A stretch of 40,807 nt of DNA from positions 1 through 40,807 of the forward strand of contig JAAOYH010000033.1 of assembly GCA_018221245.1 (NCBI GenBank), read 5' to 3'. The notes under the pieces were generated by a model. That model ran no database searches and was not told where the DNA came from. It saw only the letters and a list, made by a program, of their open reading frames with translations. Each line of letters begins with the position of its first letter. Positions within the stretch are counted from its first letter, which is position 1. The position numbers and the translations under genes are program-made. Origin of the DNA: Candidatus Woesearchaeota archaeon. Its GTDB lineage: Archaea > Nanobdellota > Nanobdellia > Woesearchaeales > UBA525. Positions 1-7,502 of this stretch are shown here, piece after piece.

Positions 1-38
1 CTGTTTCGTCATCACTACAAACCTCACGGGATTGTAGT

Positions 39-60
39 ACCTACACCTTCGGGTGTAGGT
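39..60 (+). other. Perfect 9-bp stem with UUCG tetraloop, followed by a T-rich tract. It could be a terminator of an upstream gene or part of a structured RNA.
   Basis: The sequence is acctacacc-ttcg-ggtgtaggt, followed by ttatctctctttc. No supported ORF covers it. Confidence 0.3.
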
Positions 61-113
61 TTATCTCTCTTTCTACTAACCTGGTCCGACGGGAGGAGTC
101 AATTTTTGCGTAG

Positions 114-123
114 TATTTATAAA
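114..123 (+). promoter_or_regulatory. TATA box of the PAN gene (leaderless-type spacing)
   Basis: The tatttataaa motif is centred about 27 nt upstream of the ATG at 146. There is no SD-like motif in between. Confidence 0.5.
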
Positions 124-145
124 CAGTTTTCCAGTCCGTCAGAAG

Positions 146-1294
146 ATGAGCACGAAGGCAGCAAAGGAATCTAATGATAAATTCCTACAAAATATCGCGG
201 CTATGGAAGAGGAGAACCAGCTTCTCAGACAGTCAGTTGAGCAGCTTCGTTCAGAGATAGACAGGTACAGAAATCCTGCGCTATTGGTTGCCGAACTCAT
301 CGACTTCACGGAAGACGATAGGGGCAAGAAAGCAATCATCCGCGTCCCAAACGGGAACAAGTTCCTAGTAGACATATCTTCTGATGCTGAGAATCTGAAG
401 CCCGGCAGCTCTATTGTCGTTGAGCAGAAGAATCTCACAGTCATTGATTCCGTGAACGAGGGTACTAAGTTTAACGTTGAGCAGTTCGTCATCATGAAAA
501 AACCAGATACGTGCTGGGATGATATTGGCGGCCTAGACGACCAGATTCTGGAGATCCAAGAAGTCATTGAGCTTCCTCTGAAGAAGCCTGAGCTATTCAA
601 GAAGGTCGGCATCCAGCCTCCAAAAGGCATCCTACTCTACGGCCCACCTGGCACGGGCAAGACGCTCATGGCCAAGGCCGTCGCTAGAAGCACGAACAGC
701 ACGTTCATAGAGGTTGTTGGTAGCGAGCTGGTTCAGAAGTTCATCGGAGAGGGTGCCAAGTTGGTGAAAGAGATTTTTGAGCTTGCACGTGAGAAGGCAC
801 CTGCTATCGTGTTCATAGATGAGATAGATTCTCTGGCTGCGAAGAGGATTGAGCTGGGAACATCTGGTGAGCGAGAGGTCCAGAGAACCTTCATGCAGTT
901 CCTTGCTGAGATTGACGGCTTCAACAACCTAGGGAATGTCAAGATTATTGGCGCCACTAACAGACGCGACATCTTGGACCCTGCAATCATCAGACCTGGG
1001 CGTTTGGACAGGCTTATTGAGGTTCCAACCCCTGATATCGAAGGCACCAGGAAGATATTCAGCATCCATACTCAGAACATGAAAATCTCCAAACTCGTCA
1101 AGAAAGAGAAGATTATGAAGCTCATAGAGGGTTATTCTGGCGCCGAGATCAAGGCTGTCTGCACTGAGGCTGGCTATTTCGCGATTAGAGAGAACCGGAC
1201 GACGATAAAGGAAAATGATTTCTTGGAAGCGATTAAGAAAGTGCAGCGTGAAGAGCTCATGGAAGGCCGTGACTACATGCAGATGTTTGGTTAA
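146..1294 (+). CDS. pan: Proteasome-activating nucleotidase (AAA+ ATPase, 26S Rpt-like)
   Basis: 382 aa. It has an N-terminal coiled coil (EENQLLRQSVEQLRSEIDRYR), an OB region, Walker A GPPGTGKT, Walker B IVFIDEID and second region of homology ATNRRDILDPAIIRPGRLDR. Confidence 0.95.
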   Translation: MSTKAAKESNDKFLQNIAAMEEENQLLRQSVEQLRSEIDRYRNPALLVAELIDFTEDDRGKKAIIRVPNGNKFLVDISSDAENLKPGSSIVVEQKNLTVIDSVNEGTKFNVEQFVIMKKPDTCWDDIGGLDDQILEIQEVIELPLKKPELFKKVGIQPPKGILLYGPPGTGKTLMAKAVARSTNSTFIEVVGSELVQKFIGEGAKLVKEIFELAREKAPAIVFIDEIDSLAAKRIELGTSGEREVQRTFMQFLAEIDGFNNLGNVKIIGATNRRDILDPAIIRPGRLDRLIEVPTPDIEGTRKIFSIHTQNMKISKLVKKEKIMKLIEGYSGAEIKAVCTEAGYFAIRENRTTIKENDFLEAIKKVQREELMEGRDYMQMFG

Positions 1295-2202
1295 CAAGTG
1301 TCAATGTCCATAACAACTCTGAACTTAAGACCTGCATCACCATCTAATCTTGTAGCCCTTATTTCTATATCTAAGTTTTCTATAATAGGAATATTTCCAC
1401 CTAACCAAGCAGTTACGTCTTCGGCGATTTGGGTATCATAAGTATATGATGATTCTTCAGAAGTAGGAATATTTAGTGTAAATGTTCCACCGGAGTCTCG
1501 TTTCACCTGTATAAGATTTGCCTCGTCATTTCCAGCCACATAAAACCATGCAGAAATTATATTTCCAGGGCCAACCAGTACCTCACGATGGTTGAACTTA
1601 ACATTGCTTTGAGGATTTGATTCATCTTTCCATGCCCACTTAGCGCCGGGCAGAGCAGCAGACCATTCATCAGGAACATCAGTCAATATGATTACAGGAT
1701 AATCTGTTCCGCCTTTTTCATAAGTGGTAGTCTGGCCACTCACCACTTCAACTTTCTTTATACATCCTTTCTCTTCAGGAACTGATAGCATCACCCCATC
1801 TTCAGTAGCATCGAACTGCAGGAAGACCTTTCCAGAATCAATGTAAGTTATATGTTGAGCATACTGACCTGTAAGAGGCACGTCAGAGAAGAACACTGCT
1901 TCTGAGACACCATTAATAGTATCATAAGCTATCACAACCTCAGAATTGTCGTAGGGATTGACGGTTACGTTAGTTATGCCCTCTGGAAATAGCACTTCAA
2001 TTGTCTCGCGACCTCCGGGACCATATACGTAAGTCTGCTCGGCAGTCTGTACGATCTGGTTTCCTATGGAGTCTATGACTGAGCTCATAGTTTGCGCTTC
2101 GGAGGTCTGTGTTTGGTAATAGAAGAGCCCGAGGGCCACAACCAGGAGACCTGCTGTAATGCCAATGATAAGTATATGCTCTACGCTGACCTGACCACGC
2201 AT
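1291..2202 (-). CDS. Class III (type IV pilin-like) signal-peptide protein with a large C-terminal globular domain
   Basis: The N-terminus is MRG|QVSVEHILIIGITAGLLVVALGLFYY. This is a short basic leader, a G/Q cleavage-type site, a DUF361-like QxSxE motif and a roughly 20-aa hydrophobic helix. The remainder is beta-rich and matches no family I recognise. Confidence 0.7.
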   Translation of the reverse strand: MRGQVSVEHILIIGITAGLLVVALGLFYYQTQTSEAQTMSSVIDSIGNQIVQTAEQTYVYGPGGRETIEVLFPEGITNVTVNPYDNSEVVIAYDTINGVSEAVFFSDVPLTGQYAQHITYIDSGKVFLQFDATEDGVMLSVPEEKGCIKKVEVVSGQTTTYEKGGTDYPVIILTDVPDEWSAALPGAKWAWKDESNPQSNVKFNHREVLVGPGNIISAWFYVAGNDEANLIQVKRDSGGTFTLNIPTSEESSYTYDTQIAEDVTAWLGGNIPIIENLDIEIRATRLDGDAGLKFRVVMDIDTC

Positions 2203-2224
2203 AGGGTTCTTCAGAAAATGTCAT

Positions 2225-2232
2225 TTTTAAAG
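2225..2232 (-). promoter_or_regulatory. TATA box of the pilin-like gene
   Basis: The minus strand reads cctttaaaaatg, centred about 26 nt upstream of the ATG at 2202. Confidence 0.45.
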
Positions 2233-2276
2233 GTTTGTCAGGGAAGATTCATAAACTAACTAAATACCCGTTCATC

Positions 2277-2347
2277 GCGCGCGATGACGAAGTGAACACC
2301 CTGGGAGCCTCAGGGCGATGACCATCGGATGTAACTGCCGAGCGCGC
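2277..2347 (+). ncRNA. Candidate k-turn RNA or degenerate C/D-box sRNA
   Basis: A GC-rich island sits in an otherwise AT-rich intergenic gap. Terminal stem gcgcgc (2277-2282) pairs with gcgcgc (2342-2347). A 3-nt bulge (gau) precedes tandem G.A/A.G pairs (G2286.A2341, A2287.G2340). The C-like box is AUGACGA (2284-2290) and the D-like box is CCGA (2338-2341). The internal AUGACCA (2318-2324) and GGGA (2303-2306) boxes leave 12- and 13-nt spacers. All boxes deviate from consensus. Confidence 0.3.
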
Positions 2348-2471
2348 ACTTTCTGTCCCATCGTGGTGACGAAATGACATATTCTACCAATAGTGAATTT
2401 CTCAGTCAAAAAAACATGAATAACGAATATAAACTCTCCTTCGAACACATTACCTGGTAACAGGGATCGGG

Positions 2472-3422
2472 ATGCAGTTAAGACAAAAGTTCTCACGAAC
2501 GCTTGCAACCTTATTGATTGCTGCGAGTGCTACACTTCCTCTGAGTGCCGCAAGCCTTGGAAAAGATTATCTCGTAAAAAACGCTATCGACGGAAAAGAT
2601 GTCTCTGTCATGATCAATCTTGACACAGGCAATATGATGGATATCACCTGTTACAATCCTGAAGAAGCAGGATGTGTCAAACATAAGATCGATAAGGATG
2701 GCACAACAAAAAAGGAGTTCATCCCTCCAAAATTCTCAAATCACGGAATAAACCTGGCAACAATCAAGATGATTGGCCTCGACCCAGAGAACAAAAGAAT
2801 GGCGATATGCCACTCTCACCCCTATATACAGGATGAAGAAACATCTCCAGAAATAGCACTTAGGAACAAGGCAGAGCGCATAAAAAAACGCGCTCCGTCA
2901 CCAAACGATATCAACTCGGCTTCACTCTTCCTCTTCAACTACCTGAGCGCCAGGGAATTAATAGGTGTAGAAGGCACTATCGAGAAATTCTGCATCATTC
3001 CTAGACAGGCTTGGGTCCCTGATTCAAAAGATAACGAAACAGTCTATGAGCCCATACAATTGACTAGAGATATTATCCAGTTCATGGCCAAAGAATACAT
3101 TGCTGGCCGGTTTAATAAACATCAAGAAGTTGTGGCACAAGGTGCTCCACAGGAACAAAACACATCTCCTAATTCAAAAGAATTCATCTCTGAAATAGCT
3201 GCGTTTAGCGAGTCAAAAGCTAAGGACTACTCTCGAACCCTGACAAGGTTCCAAGGGCAGAGCAATAATCTCATAAGAAAGGGGTTCACAGAAGATAGCA
3301 TATTCTCTAATCTGACAAAAGCAGTAGATAAACAGCTCAAGAAAGTCGAAAAACACAGACAAAAAGGGATAGAGCTGACTCCTCCGGCATATAGAATATA
3401 CACTGCCCCTAATCAACCGTAA
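2472..3422 (+). CDS. Secreted protein with a JAB/MPN (JAMM)-like metalloprotease signature
   Basis: The signal peptide is MQLRQKFSRTLATLLIAASATLPLSAAS. It has the motifs CHSHPY and APSPNDI (HxH ... SxxD), but these are separated by about 30 aa rather than the canonical 7-10. Confidence 0.35.
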   Translation: MQLRQKFSRTLATLLIAASATLPLSAASLGKDYLVKNAIDGKDVSVMINLDTGNMMDITCYNPEEAGCVKHKIDKDGTTKKEFIPPKFSNHGINLATIKMIGLDPENKRMAICHSHPYIQDEETSPEIALRNKAERIKKRAPSPNDINSASLFLFNYLSARELIGVEGTIEKFCIIPRQAWVPDSKDNETVYEPIQLTRDIIQFMAKEYIAGRFNKHQEVVAQGAPQEQNTSPNSKEFISEIAAFSESKAKDYSRTLTRFQGQSNNLIRKGFTEDSIFSNLTKAVDKQLKKVEKHRQKGIELTPPAYRIYTAPNQP

Positions 3423-4437
3423 TATCTACGCAAACTCTCCAAACCCTTGGAGCGTGCTGTCCTGCCTTGGCAAATTCGTACGAACCCATTTTCTTCCTAT
3501 TTCGTTCGAACGCATCCAGCAGCAAAGGAATTATTGAGTTGAACTCTCCTTCCTGTAAAAAAGCGTACAGGTGAATAACTGTGCCAGTCTTGCTCACAGA
3601 CAACACATCATCGAGGAACTCTATAGCTGAGCCCGGCAAAGGCATGGTGATTCTGTCGAAAGCCTCACCATTGGCCGCGAGCTTAGTGATTATCTCGTGA
3701 GCATCCCCCTCTAGGAGGCGAACATTTGTACACCTGTTCTTGGCCACGTTCTCCATTGCTAGTTCGTGAGCAGCAGGATTAATCTCTATTCCTACTATCC
3801 TATCTGCCTCCGAGTGATTGCTGAATAGAATAGGATAGGGACCAACTCCTGAGAAAAGGCACAAGATATCCTCCTCTGGCTTTATCTTCTGCAGAATCCT
3901 CCTTCTCTCCGTGGCCATCCTGATGCTATAGTACGCGTGCTCGACGTCAACCTTCAGCCTAACACCATTCTCTATCACTGTTGTTTCGCGAGTATCTTTC
4001 CCGGCGATACATGCCAATGGTTGCGTTCTATACTCTCCTTCTCTAATACCTGTCTTCTTCAGCACAGTTAAGATCTGCTTGTTCTGCGCCATAAGCGCTT
4101 CTCCTATCATTCGTTCCTTCGTAACGAGTTCAGGAGGTATCTCTAGTATGGCAATACTGCCTACGGAGTCGAACGCTGTCTTCAGGAGCACTAACTCCTC
4201 GTCAGATAGCTTACTTTTTAGCCCCTCTCTCAAAGATACCTTGAGATCTCTCTCCTCGCTCTGGAAATCTATAAACTCTATGTCGAACTCGAAAGGTGGC
4301 GAGAATTCTCTAGTCACAGGAAAAATTATGCCGTCGTCGGTCTTGACAGGCACGTATCCTTTCGCTAATAGGTCGTGCTCCAACAGATAGCCTTTTACTA
4401 TCTCGGCGTGCCTGAACGGCGCCTTTACCCCCAACAT
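3409..4437 (-). CDS. trm5: tRNA (guanine37-N1)-methyltransferase Trm5/Tyw2 family (Met_10 domain)
   Basis: 342 aa. SAM-binding block LCLFSGVGPYPILFS, IEINPAAHELAMENVAKN, and DRITMPLPGSAIEFLD (the NLP-type motif). Confidence 0.85.
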   Translation of the reverse strand: MLGVKAPFRHAEIVKGYLLEHDLLAKGYVPVKTDDGIIFPVTREFSPPFEFDIEFIDFQSEERDLKVSLREGLKSKLSDEELVLLKTAFDSVGSIAILEIPPELVTKERMIGEALMAQNKQILTVLKKTGIREGEYRTQPLACIAGKDTRETTVIENGVRLKVDVEHAYYSIRMATERRRILQKIKPEEDILCLFSGVGPYPILFSNHSEADRIVGIEINPAAHELAMENVAKNRCTNVRLLEGDAHEIITKLAANGEAFDRITMPLPGSAIEFLDDVLSVSKTGTVIHLYAFLQEGEFNSIIPLLLDAFERNRKKMGSYEFAKAGQHAPRVWRVCVDITVD

Positions 4438-4458
4438 GCAGATGTGAAGCGTCCCGCG

Positions 4459-4489
4459 ACTATAAGCGTTTCGAGAAATCTTTTATACA
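4459..4489. promoter_or_regulatory. Back-to-back TATA boxes for divergent trm5 and the uracil-5 methyltransferase gene
   Basis: gcttatagt on the minus strand (4459-4467) lies about 26 nt from ATG 4437. cttttataca on the plus strand (4480-4489) lies about 25 nt from ATG 4510. Confidence 0.45.
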
Positions 4490-4509
4490 AGAACGTCTCT
4501 CTTGGTGAA

Positions 4510-5868
4510 ATGGTGGAGCAGGGAGCGACTCTCCCTCTCTGGACAGGCAAAATAGAGGGCCTGACCCAAGAGGGGCTAGGGGTCGGGACGTCGATGGTTT
4601 CTCATGCTGGTAAGCAGCTCAAAAGACCTATTTTCGTTCCGTTCACAGTACCAGGTGACGTTGTCAAGGCAAAGATTGTCCAGCAACGCGGCAAGTACAG
4701 CTTTGCACAGCTCGTTGAGATTACACAGCCATCTCCCGACAGAGTTCCATCTCGCTGCCCTCACTACGGCATCTGTGGGGGTTGCAACCTCCAGCACGTC
4801 AAGTACGAGAAGCAGCTCGAGGAAAAATCTAGGCAGGTGGAGTATCTCCTAAAAAGAAAGGGTATCGAGCTCCCTAGCAAAGTCAAGATTTGGCCCTCTC
4901 GTAAGATGCAAAAGTACAGGTGGCGTTCTCGCATAGCAGTTCAGTTCACGAATGACGGAGTCACTGCCGGATTCAGGAAGTTCCGTTCTAGGGATATCGT
5001 GAAGGTGGAGAAGTGTTTCATTGTTGCATCTCAGATTGTGGAGCTGATAACAATCATTAACGATACTAAGATAGAGGTTCCTGCAGGTGAGGTAGAGGTT
5101 ACAGCAGTCGTTGGTGAGAAAGGCAAGGTAGGAATCCTGTTGCATCTTGACGAATTGCCTGAGGAATTCAGCTTTCCAGTGAGGTCGTTCTTCACAGATG
5201 TCTATGCTCGCCACCGTGAGCTGATAGGAAACCTGTTCTTTGAGCAGGACGGCAAGACTAAGACCATAGGTCAGGTCCAGTCTCACATATTCTATTCGGC
5301 AGGAGGCTGCAAATTCATGTTCCTCCCTGAGACTTTCATCCAGGCAAACGTGCTCACTAATGACCTGCTCATCAAGAGAACTATGGAGTTCCTCAAGCCC
5401 GGCAAGAAGGATGTCATCCTGGATCTATACGCGGGAATAGGGAACTTCTCGTTGCCTGCCGCAAAAGAATGTTCTAAGGTAGTCGCTGTCGAGCGCCATG
5501 CTGCTGCTGTAGCTGCTGGCGAGACTAACGCGCTCCAGAACGGCCTTGATAATGTGAAGTTCCTCCCAAAGACTGCGGAACGTTACTTGCACGAACTAGT
5601 TCAGGCAAGGAAAAAACCAAAGGATGAGTATCCTATATTCACCAAGCTTCTTGTTGATCCTGCTCGTGGCGGCCTGTCTGAGAAAGCTCGTAAGGAGATT
5701 CTCTCTCTAGGCATACCTTCCGTCGTGTACGTCTCTTGCAATCCTGTCACGTTGGCGGAGGATCTGGCTTTCTTGCAGCTCAAGTACAAGGTGACTAAAA
5801 TCCTGGGTGTCGACATGTTCCCTGATGTCAGTCATGTAGAGACAGTCGTGCTTTTAGAGCATAAATGA
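4510..5868 (+). CDS. RNA (uracil-C5)-methyltransferase, TrmA/RlmD (RumA) family with TRAM domain and Fe-S cysteines
   Basis: TRAM-like PFTVPGDVVKAKIVQQRGKYSFAQL, Cys cluster CPHYGICGGCNLQH, SAM fold LDLYAGIGNFSLPAA, and catalytic region VVYVSCNPVTLAEDL. The ORF opens at 4375, but that would overlap the divergent trm5 start. M46 at 4510 sits behind a TATA box, so I use it. Confidence 0.85.
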   Translation: MVEQGATLPLWTGKIEGLTQEGLGVGTSMVSHAGKQLKRPIFVPFTVPGDVVKAKIVQQRGKYSFAQLVEITQPSPDRVPSRCPHYGICGGCNLQHVKYEKQLEEKSRQVEYLLKRKGIELPSKVKIWPSRKMQKYRWRSRIAVQFTNDGVTAGFRKFRSRDIVKVEKCFIVASQIVELITIINDTKIEVPAGEVEVTAVVGEKGKVGILLHLDELPEEFSFPVRSFFTDVYARHRELIGNLFFEQDGKTKTIGQVQSHIFYSAGGCKFMFLPETFIQANVLTNDLLIKRTMEFLKPGKKDVILDLYAGIGNFSLPAAKECSKVVAVERHAAAVAAGETNALQNGLDNVKFLPKTAERYLHELVQARKKPKDEYPIFTKLLVDPARGGLSEKARKEILSLGIPSVVYVSCNPVTLAEDLAFLQLKYKVTKILGVDMFPDVSHVETVVLLEHK

Positions 5869-6107
5869 GATTTTGGAATTCTTATATGACAAATAATTTA
5901 TTTACACTATAGAAATAATATAAATATACAATATTGAAACAAATTATAAATTACCATATAGAACAAAAATAACGATTCTGAGAGTCATTGCTCAAAAATA
6001 CGCGTACAGAGCCTGAAACACCTGAAATTACAGCGTATAGCGATTATAAAACCTATCATAAACCATAAAAAGGAGACCCCACCACCTCAAAACTATAGGG
6101 GGTTGAT

Positions 6108-7502
6108 GTGGTAAACGATATCACAGCGCAAAAAGGACTACTCAGTAAGCTAGTCTCTACGCTCGAGGCGGTCGTTCCATACTCCGACGCGCTCTACTCA
6201 GAGCACCGCACTTCTGGCTTCGTAAAGGACAGTACAGGCATAGAGATGCACGCCGATGCAGACGTGGGCGTCAAGATTAGGGCATTCGACGGACGGAAGT
6301 TCCACGAAATATGCATCCATGGCTGGCAGCCAGACATTCTCCAGAAAGAGGTCCAATTACTAGCTAGGAAACTCAAGGAAGATATACCCTCCAAGAAGAT
6401 CACTCTCCAAGTAGATAAGAAACGCGTAGACAAGGATTTCTCTACAGAACCAGAAGAGGACTTTAGGGATGTTTCCATGGAGGATAAAGCAACCCTGATG
6501 GAGAACCTCCACAAGAAAGTCTCAGGGGACAAGGCATTCATAGAGTGCCAGATAGCACTCCGCGAGACTGAGGAACACAAGATATTCGTGAATAAGTTCA
6601 AGCGGCTTTCGTCCTCCTGGACGGGCTGCTCTCTCACAGTCATCCCGATAGTCAAGACCGACGATGGCACCACAAGAAGTGAGTTCTTCAGGAGATTCCG
6701 CAGTGGCTTCGAGGCAGCACGTGTGCCCGAAGAGAACCTTGATGCATTCCTAGAGAGGGCAAAGAAGCTCGCAAAGGCCAAAAGAATAGAACCGGGGGCG
6801 TACACTTGCGTGCTCTCTCCAATTGTATCTGGCCTTCTCGCACACGAAAGCTTTGGCCACGGCATGGAATCAGACACCATAGCCCACGGACGAGCAAAGG
6901 CAGCAGAATACCTCGGAAAACGTATCGCGCCAGCAAAGGTCACAATAGTCGAGGACCCGTCAATAGACGGAGCACACGGAAGCCTATTCTTCGATGATGA
7001 AGGGATGCTTCCACAACCTGTAAACCTTGTAGAGAGAGGCATCGTCCGCGATCCAATCACAGAAATCCTGAGTGGCTCCGCAGGAGGATTCAGGCGGAGC
7101 GCCAACGGCCGTGCAGAGGCGTTTGACAGGAAAGTGTATGCACGTATGACAAATACGTTCTTCGCGTCAGGAAAGGATACCCCTGAGAAGATGATTAAGT
7201 CAGTGAAGAACGGCATATACATTCATCAGGGCTCGGCAGGTATGGAAGATCCCAAAGGCTGGGGAGTCCAGATATCAGGATTACTCTGTGAGCGTATCAA
7301 GAACGGTAAGCTCACAGGAGAGATTTACGACGAGGTCACAATGGGAGGCTACCTCCCGGACATCCTGAAAAACATCAAGGCCGTAGGAAAGGATTTTGAG
7401 ATACAGGACGATGCAGGGTTCTGCGGGAAAGGTCATAAGGAGTGGGTGCGAGTTGCCTCGGGTGGACCGCACTTGCTAATAGAAAAGGTGGAACTCTCAT
7501 GA
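6108..7502 (+). CDS. tldD: TldD-family metallopeptidase
   Basis: 464 aa. It has a GTG start behind the SD-like tagggggtt and the diagnostic HESFGHGMESD (HExxxH) motif. Confidence 0.85.
   Translation: MVNDITAQKGLLSKLVSTLEAVVPYSDALYSEHRTSGFVKDSTGIEMHADADVGVKIRAFDGRKFHEICIHGWQPDILQKEVQLLARKLKEDIPSKKITLQVDKKRVDKDFSTEPEEDFRDVSMEDKATLMENLHKKVSGDKAFIECQIALRETEEHKIFVNKFKRLSSSWTGCSLTVIPIVKTDDGTTRSEFFRRFRSGFEAARVPEENLDAFLERAKKLAKAKRIEPGAYTCVLSPIVSGLLAHESFGHGMESDTIAHGRAKAAEYLGKRIAPAKVTIVEDPSIDGAHGSLFFDDEGMLPQPVNLVERGIVRDPITEILSGSAGGFRRSANGRAEAFDRKVYARMTNTFFASGKDTPEKMIKSVKNGIYIHQGSAGMEDPKGWGVQISGLLCERIKNGKLTGEIYDEVTMGGYLPDILKNIKAVGKDFEIQDDAGFCGKGHKEWVRVASGGPHLLIEKVELS

Noticed and set aside
1-20. Consensus C box (GUGAUGA) on the minus strand at the very start of the window
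   Set aside because: The rest of any C/D sRNA would lie outside the window, so no D box or stem can be evaluated. A single 7-mer match is not evidence.
139-630. 163-aa ORF antisense to the PAN gene
   Set aside because: It lies entirely within a strongly supported AAA+ ATPase CDS on the opposite strand. The product is S/F/M-rich and low-complexity, with no motif.
2272-2508. 78-aa minus-strand ORF in the pilin/JAB intergenic region
   Set aside because: Its composition is Arg/His/Cys-rich, it overlaps the start of the JAB-like gene, and it has no promoter or SD. The GC-rich patch is better explained as a structured RNA candidate.
4375-4509. 45-codon N-terminal extension of the uracil-5 methyltransferase ORF
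   Set aside because: It would overlap the divergent trm5 start and both TATA boxes. The Met at 4510 sits about 25 nt after a TATA box and precedes the TRAM domain.
5869-6107. Replication origin in the long AT-rich spacer
   Set aside because: There is no adjacent orc1/cdc6 gene and no ORB-like inverted repeats. Only TATA-like motifs and one short tandem repeat are present.
6194-7222. Very long (342-aa) ORF antisense to tldD
   Set aside because: The opposite strand encodes a full TldD with the HExxxH motif. The antisense product is Ser/Arg/Leu/Pro-rich, as expected for the mirror frame of a GAR/AAG-rich gene. It has no start context and no recognisable domain.
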